From assembly GCF_024521635.1 (NCBI RefSeq), contig NW_026250437.1, positions 62,001 through 126,000 on the forward strand: a stretch of DNA of 64,000 bases, in the 5' to 3' direction. This DNA is from Tricharina praecox. Its lineage: Eukaryota. Position 1 is the first letter of the stretch. Each line of letters starts with the position of its first letter. The position numbers and the translations under genes are program-made. Below the pieces are notes generated by a model, which was not told where the DNA came from, made no database searches, and worked only from the letters and a program-made list of their open reading frames with translations. Below, one piece after another: positions 12,365-24,400 of this stretch.

Positions 12365-15300
12365 TACGTTCCTAGGTTGACGGCGTTATTTGCAGCCCGG
12401 GAGGTTGCTCTACTTGCGTACTTAGCCATCCCACAAACTCGGCTCGGCTCCCCGCATCTACATTATGGCTGCGGCTACCCGCGGAGCACGACCCCGTATC
12501 TCACCGGCACCCCGCACTGACGTTTATGTAAGGCGTCGTCTCATCTGGAGGGACATCATCTCTAATTCTTCGTCCCCAGATCTTTGTTCGATGCGATGCG
12601 CATCCGTCCTTGCGTGAGCACTTGCCTACTCACTTACTTGCTGGTTGATCCTGCATGTTATGCGAGTTGATCAGGCGGAATCGTGCCGATTTCTGGATGG
12701 GCTCTCCGGTCCAGTGCGCGATTGAAACGACAAGCAGAATCCGCGAGAGCGAGCGGCTAGGCTCGCAGTCGCGCAGTCTCGACTCTCGCAGTCTCGCGCA
12801 CCCCCCAAGAGTATATTTAGATATCGTACGATAAATATCGATGATTCGATTGTGTTCAGTCCAGTTCGCCGAGCCGTTTTTTCTAACGGAGATCCGCGTG
12901 TTTCGATGTCTCGCAATCGGTGGGGGGTTGCCTCCATGCTCGTGAAACAGCACACAATCCAAACAAACAGTCGATGTCAGATCGCACCCCGGCCGATCGA
13001 CTTGCCTCGGACCAGGTCGATTTGGAAGAGATTCAAATGCGGTGGTACATATCGTTCCCCGAAGTAGAAGTGGCGGAGATTCAATGCCGTGCCACCGTTG
13101 CTCGAAGTGGTAGAGATTCGATGCTGTGCCACCGTGCCTCCGTTCCTCGAACAGGGCCGCTTTCCCCTTGGGGCCAACCAGCTGTACTACAGTACTACAT
13201 GCAGCTACTTACCCGCCTGCACCCAACCATCACCGCTCGCCGTTCACTTCTCACCTCTCTCGTCGACAGCCCGTACCGTCGAAAGGGTCTCGCAGCAAGC
13301 CTCGCAGCAAGCCTCATGGCCGTGCGGCGTTGATTGATTCGCAATTTCGGTCTCGTGCCCGGCCAGAGGAATCCCCAGGTACCATACCGTACTGTCCTCG
13401 GAACGTTGGGACCGGAGGTGCTGCGGCACGACATAGGACGTTCAATCACTAATGTCGCAGCTGCAGCTGCAGTATTTCGCAAGTGCACGACTCAATAACT
13501 ACTACATACAGAGCAGACGAGACCTTTGGTCTCATTTCCGATGTCGAGCAGAAAAAACGACTATAAATTGCCCTTTCACTATTCATCCAGACAGCCCCTC
13601 ATCCGTCCAGCAAGTCAGCGACACCTTAACCACCGCAAGGTTTTCCTATTGGCCGCAACAGTCAACCTTCTCTCCCGTCTCAAAATCGATTCTCGATTGC
13701 AAGCTGCAATAGCTCGGTAAATATAGACCACAGAAGTGCATTTCCCGGGCTTCATACTTCTAGTGCTGACGGGCGTGTTCCAGAAATCTTCCATACTACT
13801 TTTTCTCACCTAACTGCACTTTCTCAATCACCAAGTGCTCCGGGAAGGTGTTTCAGACTCAGGCTGACTTCCCCCCCCCCCCCCCCCCCGCCCCTACATA
13901 TGTATGAGAGGAGACGGGACGAACCCATCATCGCCCACGAGCAACGTCATATATACTCTTCTGGTTTATGCAACAACAGCACTCACTACATCGATGCACT
14001 ATGCATGACGGTCATCTCTGGGGGAACGCTGAGGGACTAGAGGTTTTGGAAATCCAGGAGTCGAGCCACGTGGATACCAGACCCTTTTTTTCCCCCAGTT
14101 TACTGCTATGCATTGATATCGAGTTTACGGGGGTGGCAATAACTATGTCGCATGTCTATTGACGAGGTATGGCCAGCATTGGCCACGGGGTGGTGCACGG
14201 CAGACTCCAGAGTCCAGAGCGGACTCCGGAGTGGAGCGGAGCATATATTTATATCCGCGCTGAATTCGGAAGCTGTGCGTCGATGTTCTGGAATCTGGAC
14301 CGCTTGCTGGGTATGCTTGATTATTGATACCGTGAACAACGTTCGCCAGTTTTATAACATTCCTGACAGCGATAGTTATCACCGTGAGATAGGGTCAAGC
14401 CTTAACACCCGTGGTATGTATGCATATCTCTTGCACTTTCGCGAGCTCACATAGCAGCCCGTTTCATTTCCACGTACGGTACCTAGTTACGTGGCTCTGA
14501 TCACGATTCACGATATACGGTACTAACTAACTACTGCTCAAGGCTCGAACGAGTTACGAGTTCATGGCCGGTGGACGGCGGGCAGCATTCCAATTTCTCT
14601 TGCATGAGCCAGCCACACACCGTCCGAACCGTGACATGCCCAAGTAGGTGCATACATGGAATATATTCCGCCGTCCAGCCGAATCCAGACGTCACCGGAA
14701 CTTTTCTCCACGACGCGAAGGGCAGTTTCCAACAAGAAATGCTCACTCGCCGGTAGGCTCATTTCTAGATAGGAATCTAGAGTGGTACACACTACACAGA
14801 ACTCACTGCACAGAACCCACATTTCTCCAGGCACTCGCGAAGATACCACCGTGTTTCGATACCAGCAATGCCTGCGCGCGAACGGCGCATAATACGCTGT
14901 CCCTGCTGCCGCGCAGCACTACTTACTCCACATGCATACCACTCCAGCTCCAGCGCCGTCCTCGCTGTAGAGTACTTTCCTTTCTTCACTTATATAAGCG
15001 AGAACGCATCCTCCCTAATCCTGACGATGCCTACTACTTCCTACATTCCAGCCCCGAAGAAGAATCGATCACTACTGTTTAGGATCGTGACGCCACAATC
15101 ATGAGCAGCCCATCTCGCAGGAAACACCTATGCATCTCCATTTATTGGTATGCGTACTGCGCGATTCATGCTGCGCGGATACTACGCCGACGCAGGTCCG
15201 GATTCAGACATGCAATCGTGATTCGCCGGTGCTGTACACTGCGCGTGGCGTCTGGGTAGAGTACTCTACACACATGCCATATACAACCGCAAGAACCCCC

Positions 15301-18300
15301 CCCTTCCCCCCCCCCCCATTGACACGCTACAACCACCCAGCCCAGAGGAAAAAGCAACTCCCACAACGGCTTCCAGAAATCTACCCAGCGCGGCCGAACC
15401 GGTGGCCAAAGTAGAGTATCATACTAATACTGTATACAGCATAATGGAGCTCGCCCAACGCCCTGCAAACCAGCGACGCGCGTGCAAAACCGTGAAAACC
15501 CGTGCAAAAATCCCAGAATCCCAGGCAATCCCAGGCGACTACGACCAGAGCGGAACAGTGCCGTGCAGCTTGCGGCCAGTGTGCGCCACGCCACGGTTTT
15601 TGGGGGGGGAGGGGTGAAACGCACATCCACCCTGGTTGGGTGGGCCTTATTGGATCTGGAAATTCGCATTCAATCGCTGTCGCGGTCGCGCTCGGTGGGG
15701 ATGGGGAGGGGGGGGGATCTGCGCCGGATCCGTGCGCGGAATGGATGCGCACGCGAGTAGCTGGAGCTGGAGCTGGATGGATGGGTATTCCCATGAGATG
15801 ATGCTTTTGGATCCTGCTGCTGCTGCTTCCGCTGCTGGCTACACGGTTGGTTGCTAGTAACTAGAGTGGGTATTGCCCCCCGCTGGAATCGCCAATCATG
15901 GTAGATCACTCTCAAAAACATTCCACGGAAGCCCAGCGGGTGAGGTTCACCCAGGCTTGCGGGTTGTGGAGACCGAGGAAGCGACGCTCGATAACCTCGG
16001 TTGGGCGTGGATACAAAGTAGAGTAGCCTGAGCCTTCACTGAGCCGGCGGGCATCAAGCCTAGCCAGCTTTGGTCGCGAGAAGACACTCCAATGATTATC
16101 GAAGGCCATTGGCCACTCCACGAGCAGCTCCCTCTGCCCTCCCTCCCTCTGCCCTCTCTCCCTCTTTCTCCTGACGTATCAGGAGCCAGAGCCAGGCTTA
16201 CAGGGCCTTAATCCCCCCCAGCTACACCGTCAGGGCAGGATGTGCCGGATCCAGCAGCACACAGGGCCAATCCCTGACGGCCCTGACGGGACGTCTTCTG
16301 TGCACGAATCACGATGCCATCCATGATCCATCGCCCCGAAATGGACCTTCGCAGTTCAGTTCACCCGACGCCCTGGGGGATGCGGGGGGATACGGGGGAT
16401 GCGGGGGATGCTCATGCGGGGAGCGTTTGGGAATTCATACTCTTACTGTTGGGAATCGCATGCTCAGCAACGGAGTATTGTACATACGTCTGCTCGTTGA
16501 GTACGAGTACGAGTGCGCGTCGGCTGTCAACTGTCACATGGCACGGAATTGGCATATGATAGCATAGCACAACTGGGTACGGGAGAACCCCGCATCCCAC
16601 TGCACCGCTCAGAGTACTAGTACGTGTGATAGTAGAGGTGGGAATCACATGCTTCCCCACGAAACCGCCGCCAGTACACAGTTACCTAAGGAAGTAGATA
16701 AATCCCCCGGGCCGTAGCCCGCATACCAGTGTAAGTAGGTATTGTACATACACAAAACCGCTCGTAATGATCTGCACCAGGCGAGGCTCAGGCTCGCCCC
16801 CCGCTACGCTACGCTATCGAGGGCCGAGGCTAACCAAGCGAAGGCATTTCGCGGAGAACGACATTCCAGAGAACGGCATGCGCGGATGCTCCGGTGGGAG
16901 TGAGACTAAGCCAACTACGTACATACCAGCTCGATCTCGGAAAGTTCCCTGTTTAATGCGTGCGATGATCCTAGGGGGGGAGGGAGGATTCTCGTCAGGT
17001 GTATGACAGTATGACTACTTGGTAGCTAGAATTACGCCGAGATAACGATAGTAGAATAGCTACAACAGAGTAAACCCGGTTTGCACCTGAAGGCTGAAGG
17101 CTGAAGCCGTGTAGCCATTGTAGCCATGGTGGCGCGTGGCGTGTGGCGGGCTTGGCCGGCAGGCCGCGCTGCGGCTGAAGCTGAAGCCAGGGTCCTCTGC
17201 GGTCCTCCGTACGGCGGTAGGCCCGTAGGCCCGTATTTATGTAGGCAGCTGAACATCCTCCGTAGCCCATACCGACACCGCTACCTGTGAAGGTGGCGAA
17301 GTGCTTCCGTGTAAGTAATTGCGATGCAAGATTCTCAAATCATGCGCAAGCACTCGTATAGCGAGTGATATAGTGTGTCGGACTCAGCAAAAGTTTAGGT
17401 ATGTAGGAACTGAGGTGGGGAAGCAACACCGTAAACGAAACGAAAAACCTTCACCGCCCCCAGTGGGTGGCTGGAAGCCCCCGGGAGTTGAATCGGTGTT
17501 AAATCTCATCTCCCTCCGCCGGGTACGTGAAGCTAGGCCACGTGGGGGTTTTTTTTTCCACGGTGGAGTAAGCGTTTCGCAGGTTATAAACTGGTGATGA
17601 CTTCGGGTAACAGACGAAGTAGTGCCGCCGCTCTGGTGCTTTTTGGTGCACGATGCACACGGATAACTACTCCTTGCCTTTCAGGATAATTCAACAGTAG
17701 GTGACTATATTTTCCAACCGCGAGCTCGATACCGGCCCCCTATTGTTCTCCACCCAGCCCTTCCCGCTCAACCCTCTCCACTCATCGTCGATAATCATTG
17801 ATTGCATGCGACCTATCTACTGGCATGTAACTATTAGCGAGTGACCGATTGTGAAGAAGTCCGTCTGCAAAGACCAAGTCGGCGGATCGAACAGCTCGTC
17901 TTGGATCCTGTGCAAGTCCTTTCAGCTATGCTGATCTCTGAGTTGCAACGACTATAACGACGACGCGGTATGGTCCTGTCCGCGTCAGTTGCAAATACCA
18001 GCCACGACCTCTCTTGCTCAACCTACAAATCGATAGATCGGAACACATCGGGGAGGGTGTATGAGCGTGACTCCTGCAGTTTTACACAGTCGAGTAGACG
18101 CTTTACGGTGGATAACACTCCGGGAGTACTGCCATGTGTGCAGTGTGCACTGCAGGACAGACCGTAAGGAATTGTAGGACTGGACTGTAAGCGCTGCCAC
18201 TACTACCAGAAGACTACATTCAAAGCACACAGCACTTTGCCCGCTCTCTCAACACATACAGCGTTTTAGCGGCGGAGCTTGTCCTTCGGGGCACCCACCA

Positions 18301-19039
18301 CTTCATAATTTTCGAATTCATGTATCCAGCACGAAAAAACCCCCGCGAGGTCTAGTTGTCAACTACCTAGGCCATGCAATCGGCGAGGGGAGTTGAGTGA
18401 AAGCTCGGAGTTCAAGCCCGGGTGAAAGCTCAGCTCTTGGGGTTTCCAAGCTACCCACTGGGGTGAACCCCCGGGGTGGTGATGGTTTTTGTTTTTGTTT
18501 CTGTTTTTGGCGTGGGGGAGGGAGCTACCATATTGAGCCGTGTACTAAAGTCAAAAGCATTGTGACAGCCACACATGAGGGCGATTTTGACACTAGAGTT
18601 TTGGGGGAAAAATACTAATGTAAAATAAGGCTTGGTCAGGGTTTTCAAATTCCAGCTCTGATTGTTGAATATGGCTTCTTCAATCCTGAGTGCAGTGAAA
18701 ATCAGTCCCGACTCGTAAACCTTCTGCAACCACTACGGGCCCGCCCGCCTTGGAAGTTCATAAGAGTTCTATATGAGCTCTGTAGGGAATCTTGAAAAAA
18801 TAAGGATTAGTAAGGCTTATACGCTCAAAAGGTTTCCATAATGGCTCTTCTGCGAGAAGCCTCATCTAAATGTCATACTTATCACTTATCAATGCGCTTC
18901 ATTTGACGATGACTATCACTTGTTCCGTACCCTTATATACCTAAAATACTCTTCTTCCCCGCTTCCCAGTCTCCTACTCACCATACTGTGTCCCCCTACT
19001 GCCCCTCGCCGTGGATACCGGTATGGCAGCGACAGGATG

Positions 19040-19960
19040 TAGAGAAGAAAGTGATGGAGGAACTATCAGGGCGAGGAGGAGTTGCGGCGACGGTAACTGT
19101 AAGAGATAGTAGTATCAGCAAGAGAATCTATCCGGGAATGGAGGAGCTGCAGCAGGAGTAGTAGCTATATGAGAGATGAGATATCAGCGGGAGTAGCAGT
19201 AGTAGTTGCGGCGGGAGTAACAGTTGCGGCGGGAGTGGCAATTGCAGCGGGAGGAGGAAGTGGAAGAAGTGATGCAGAAGCTGTCACCGAGAGAGGAAAG
19301 TGATGGGGGAGCTGTCAGCGAGGCGATGAAGTGATGGAGGACCTGTCTGGAAATGGACTGGACGGACGATTCCCAGGCCTGGTGACGGGGGAGCTGTGGG
19401 CGAGAGGAGGAGTTGTTAGAAAGATGAAGAGGACGGGCCGTGGGCTCGAGAGTCTTAAACTGAAAAATAAGCTTCATCATATCTGTCTTCAGAAAACTCT
19501 GCGCCTAACCATACGTTAGGACATTATCTGGTGGGTTCGATTCTGTCTGAGCTGCCTCTCTCTCTCATCGCCATCTACAGAATACCTAGAGTCCTGGACG
19601 TTCAACCTCCCACCCCCGCTCTCTCCTCTCGATCCGCCGCCAATACGTGACACACTTTACGCCGCTGCAGGCTGGGGAGGCGAGAATCCCTACATACGAT
19701 GGACTTCATCATCGAGGGAAGGGAGGAAGCAAAACGTACGGCGAGGAACCCAAGTCCCCCTACACAGGATGTAAGACTATATACAGATGGATCAAGACTG
19801 GAATATAAGGCGGCGGGCCCCCTAGGGCCCAAGCAATGCGTGAATCACGCATTGACTGTAGTATAGATTACATACACTATCGACGTTATAGCGGAGTGAT
19901 GGAGGAGCTTTCGGCGAGAGGAGGAAGTGAAGGAGGACACCTGTCGGCGGGAGAAAACGA
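19040..19960 (+). pseudogene. Decayed repetitive coding-like sequence (EVMEELS-type and QLRRE-type repeats) with premature stops
   Basis: Variants of gaagtgatggaggagctgtc...gaggag recur at ~19047, 19267, 19298, 19328, 19381, 19893 and 19923. An 18-bp repeat at 19185-19255 reads QRE*Q**LRRE*QLRREWQLQREEE. Confidence 0.45.
19621..19825 (+). mobile_element. Non-LTR retrotransposon (LINE, Tad1-like) RNase H relic
   Basis: The frame from 19651 reads HTLRRCRLGRRESLHTMDFIIEGREEAKRTARNPSPPTQDVRLYTDGSRLEYKAAG*. LYTDGS is the RNase H first acidic motif. The fragment is bounded by stops. Confidence 0.6.
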
Positions 19961-21459
19961 ATGTGGTTAGTAGTGAGCACCAAAGTTGGTGGAAATCAAC
20001 ATTGGCGGGCATGGCGGGGTCTTCATCATCATCTTCTTGTTCTTCTTCTTCTTCTTTTTCATCCTGGAGAATCACCTATCGAATAGACGGTCAACCCGCC
20101 CATCCCCGCTCCCTCCTCTGTGTGCACAGTGCTCCCTTCCGCGTCCGAAGCCTGCCGGCCTAGAGAGGCATTGGTGAAGAGCCCTCGGAAAACTCGTACT
20201 ACGGTTCTTTCGCCCCGAGTCCTCTTCTGCATCATGCCGTCCATATACCGGTATTCGGTATCATGTGATCACCTTTTTCAAAAAGCCACTGCCGGTTCGT
20301 CCACCACGGTATGATGTACATACGAGCATATGTAGCATGCATACACATCTACACGGTCATCACCGTCACCAGCAGACCAGCAGACCACCATCACTCACGC
20401 TCACTCACACTGAATATAGCAAAGTATCAATTGAATTGAACCACTTCCCTCCGCATCCTCCCATCCCATCCCATCCCATCTCCTTCCCCCATCCCCACCC
20501 CATCCCCACCCCCCTCTCCTCCATCCACCAATCCTTCCACCAATCCAGAAAGAAAGAAAGAACAGCACGGTTTACAACAAACAAACATCAATGATCAATC
20601 GCATCGGAATCAACAAAATGCATCAAAGTGGTTAAAAAAGAAGAAGAACAAGAACACCTACAACACCTCTTGCAACTGGGCGGCAGGATCGGTTTTTTTT
20701 TAGGATACCACCCCCTCTCCTCTCCTCTTCCCCCATCCCCACATCCTCCCGTCCTCCCGTCGCTATTCACACTCCCGTCACTACCCACACACTCCCACTC
20801 CCACAATCAACCATCCGCTCTAAGTAAAAGCGTAAAAAAAAGGATATCCAGAAGAATCGAAGTCACAAACCAACACAACACAACACACAACACACAAGAC
20901 AAAACACTATCTTAATCTCCCTCGATCCCTCAAGGGTTCCCTCGAGGGGAGGGAGGGAGGGGGAGGGGGGCGTAAAATAAACAAAGGAAACTTAGGTTAG
21001 AAAATCATAAAAAAAAACCATTGAGCAAGTCCAAAAAAGAAAACGAAAAAAAAAAAACTTGTTCATCCATCCACACACCCCATTTCCAGGCATAATAAGG
21101 GAAGAAAAGAGAAAAGAAAAAGACATCCATCAAAAACCTCGAGCCACTCGATCAAGCAACATTCCCGCACTACACCGTGAACGAAAAGGAAAAAGAGAAA
21201 TAAAAGGAAAAGGAAAACGAAAAGGAAAAGAAAATCACAAACATCAAGAACGAGGACACGTTAACCCCTCATGACCGCCGCATTACTAGAACACAAGAAG
21301 AGGAAGAAAGAAAAGGGAAAAATACGTAAAATAGAAGATGTAAAAAGATCAACACGGAACCTTAACCCCAGCCAGCCAACCAACCCAACCCGCAGCAGAC
21401 CAGCCAACCCACATACCCTCCCTACCCAATCAAGCCCAGAAGCGATCATCTTACCCTCT

Positions 21460-24400
21460 CTAAAAGCACGCAAAGCTCCTCGTCTTCTTTTTGTTCAATG
21501 CCTGCATGCGTTCCTCGAGTGCCGCACGAGCTTGCTCCGCCTTCTGTCGAGCCATCCTCTCTTCTTCAACCGCCTGCACCGAGTACCGGCTCGACGCGCT
21601 CTCGTTCTTAGTCTTCTCGAGTTCCTGCTGGACCTGGCTGGCTTTGAGCTGGAAGCTGTCGCGATCGCTCGTGAGCCGCTTCATCGTCGTCTCACAGTCG
21701 GTCAGCGCCTCCTCGAGCGTCGCCGTGAGCGCCTTCTCGGCCTGGAGCTGCTTCTCGAGCGTCTTGATACGGGCCTCCTGGTCCTCAAAGTGCGTCGACA
21801 CGTAGTCCTTGCTTGGTCGGCGGGCCGGGCCAGCACCTGGTGGAGGGCTGGTGGAGGGCAGCGGGGGGAGGGGAATCGCTGGAGGTGGTGAGGGCAAGGC
21901 GCTGGATGTGCTCTTGCGTACGCTGCCAGTGTTGTTGGAAGAAGTGGAGTTGGATCGCTGTGCTCTCGAGCCCATGCTTTGAAGCTCCAACTCAACCTCA
22001 GACAATTTCAACTAGTTATACCGTCAGCAACTCATTCACTCAAACGCATGTATCCAGAGATAGACATACCCTCAACTTCATGATTTCCTCATTAAGGCTC
22101 TCGATGACCTTCTGTGACTCGGCCGACTTCTGCTCGGACAGCGCCGCCAAAGCATCGCGCTCCTGCTTCGCCTTCTCGAACTCCAGCGTGATCGCAGCCA
22201 AGTTCTTCGAAGACTCCTGGTTCTGATCGAAGGTGAAAGTGAGCTCCTGTTCGAGGTCCTCGACGAGCTTCGCGTGCTTCCTCTCCTTCTCGCTGAGATT
22301 CTTGAGTTCCGCCTCGCGCTGGTCCTGGACGTCCTGCAGTTCCTTCAAAGAAGCAACATGCGCAGCAATCGTCTCCTTCTGCTCGGCGAGTTGGCGTTCG
22401 AGGTCTTCCTTCTGCGCAGCGAGTTGGCGTTGCAGATCTTCCTTGGCCTCATTCCCATCGTCCGCGGCAACCGACTTCTCGCTCTGCGCCTGGTCGTACG
22501 AGGTCTGGACCTGGTCATACGAGGCCTGGAGCTGATCATACGACTCCTGGAGCTGTGCAAGCTTCACAGCGTGTGCGGCACCGGTCTCCTGGCTTTCGGC
22601 GAGTTCGCTGCGAACGGCGGCAACAAGCTCCTCGTGCTTCGCGGCAGCGGCGGCAGCCTCCTTCTGAGCACGCTCTTCTGCCTCCTTGAGGGCAGTAAGC
22701 GCGGAAACCTTTTCTTCCCGAAGGACCTCAAGCTGTTTGACAGCCTCGTCGTAGTCACGCTCCATCTTCTCGAGGCGACGTTGCTGGCCCTCGATGAGTT
22801 CCTTGTTCTGAGCAATATTCATCTGAAGGTTCATGTTGACGATTTGAAGCTGCTCGATCTGGTCTTTGGATGAAGCCTCATTGGTGAGCAAAAAATCGAT
22901 TTGTCGGTCGGCATCGGACTGGAACTTCTCAAGCTCCGTAACACGGTTGAGCTGCAAATTGATGGTCTCCTTATTATGTGCGATATTCTCCTGCAGTATA
23001 TCCACGCGCCTTTGGTAGTCGTGGAGCTGCTGATCGTACGAGAACCGGATGTCAAGCTCATTCTGCATCGATGCCTCCTTGGTTTTTGAAAGATCGATCT
23101 CAAGGTCACGAAGATTCTTCTCAAGAGCCTGCTTCGACTCCTGAAGGTTGTCAAGTGCCCGGAACTGGCCAGACTTGAGCTGCTCCAGGTCGTTGTGGAG
23201 CTCAAGGATCTTAGCCGCCTGATCACTAGTCAGTCGCCGTTCCTTGGTCAACTCGTCGAGAAGACTGAGAGCATTGGACGGAGAGTTTGTTGCGATCGAC
23301 TCCACAGCGCCTCTCGCAGATGCAAGCTCGCGCTCGCGGTCCGCGAGAGATTGCCGGGTCTTGTAGAGCTGAGCTTCGGTCTCGTCGATTCGGCGCTGCA
23401 TAACCGCAACGACGGAAATGTCCATCGGCGAAGTCTGAATGCTCGTCCGCTCCCTGGTCAGACCGGCGATCATGGTAGACTTGGACTCCATCTCCTTCCT
23501 GAGCGAGTTGACTTCTTGCTCCAGTTCAGAGATACGGTCCAGGCGATTTTGAAGTTCCCGCATGGCACCATCAATGTTGAGCTCAAAGTTCTCAAGCACA
23601 TCAGGTTGCGCGCTCAAGTGCTCATTCGCAAGTCTCCGAAGACTGGTAAACGCACGTTGCGCGCGATCAACAACAGCCAAACTCTGACTCGACTTCCTTC
23701 TAAGAAATTGAGATGGGCTGGGGCTGCTGCTGTTCCGGGGGCTGTTGCCACTCTTGAATTCGGCAAGCTCGTCGCGGGTTTTGCTGAGTTCCCTCTGGAG
23801 ATTCTGCTGCTCTTCCTCGGCTGCACGCTCGAGCTCTTCCTTCTCCTTGAAGAGCATCTCAAACTTCTTCAAGAGGTCATCCGGCGAGGCGGTAGAAGCC
23901 CTGGTGACTTCGCGTTCCGTTTCCGTTTCGAGGGTGATCTTTAGCGCGTTCTCGTCGGTTTCAGTATAGCCCGGAGGGGCATGAGACACACCAGCCAAGG
24001 ACAGCTCCGATGATAGCGAGAGCGATGATGAGAGCTGTTCCTCGGATTCCTTCAAACCGTTCACCCTCGCGTCTGCTAAAAAAGAGACAGGCCGCAGTTC
24101 TGGGGACTCTGGTGGTGAGGTTCCCCTTGATATGGAGTCCATGACAGGAAGGGTCTTCTTGGCGTGCCGAAGCTCGTCGAGTTGATCGCGCATCGCTGAT
24201 ATGTTTCGCATGGCCTGATCGTAGTTTACGGTGACCTGCTCGAACTCCTGCAGAGTCTGCTCGTGCTCCACCTTGAGGTCGAACAATTCCTGCTGCACAG
24301 TCTCGAACTTGTCGGCAACAAACTGCGACTGTGCGGGACTTTGCGGCATGTACTTGTACTCGTCGTCTTTGGAAGTAGGCAGGTAGTCGTCCTCCGCAAC

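Noticed and set aside
18400..18430. ggagttcaagccc, possible tRNA T-arm
   Set aside because: The flanks do not form a T-stem or acceptor stem.
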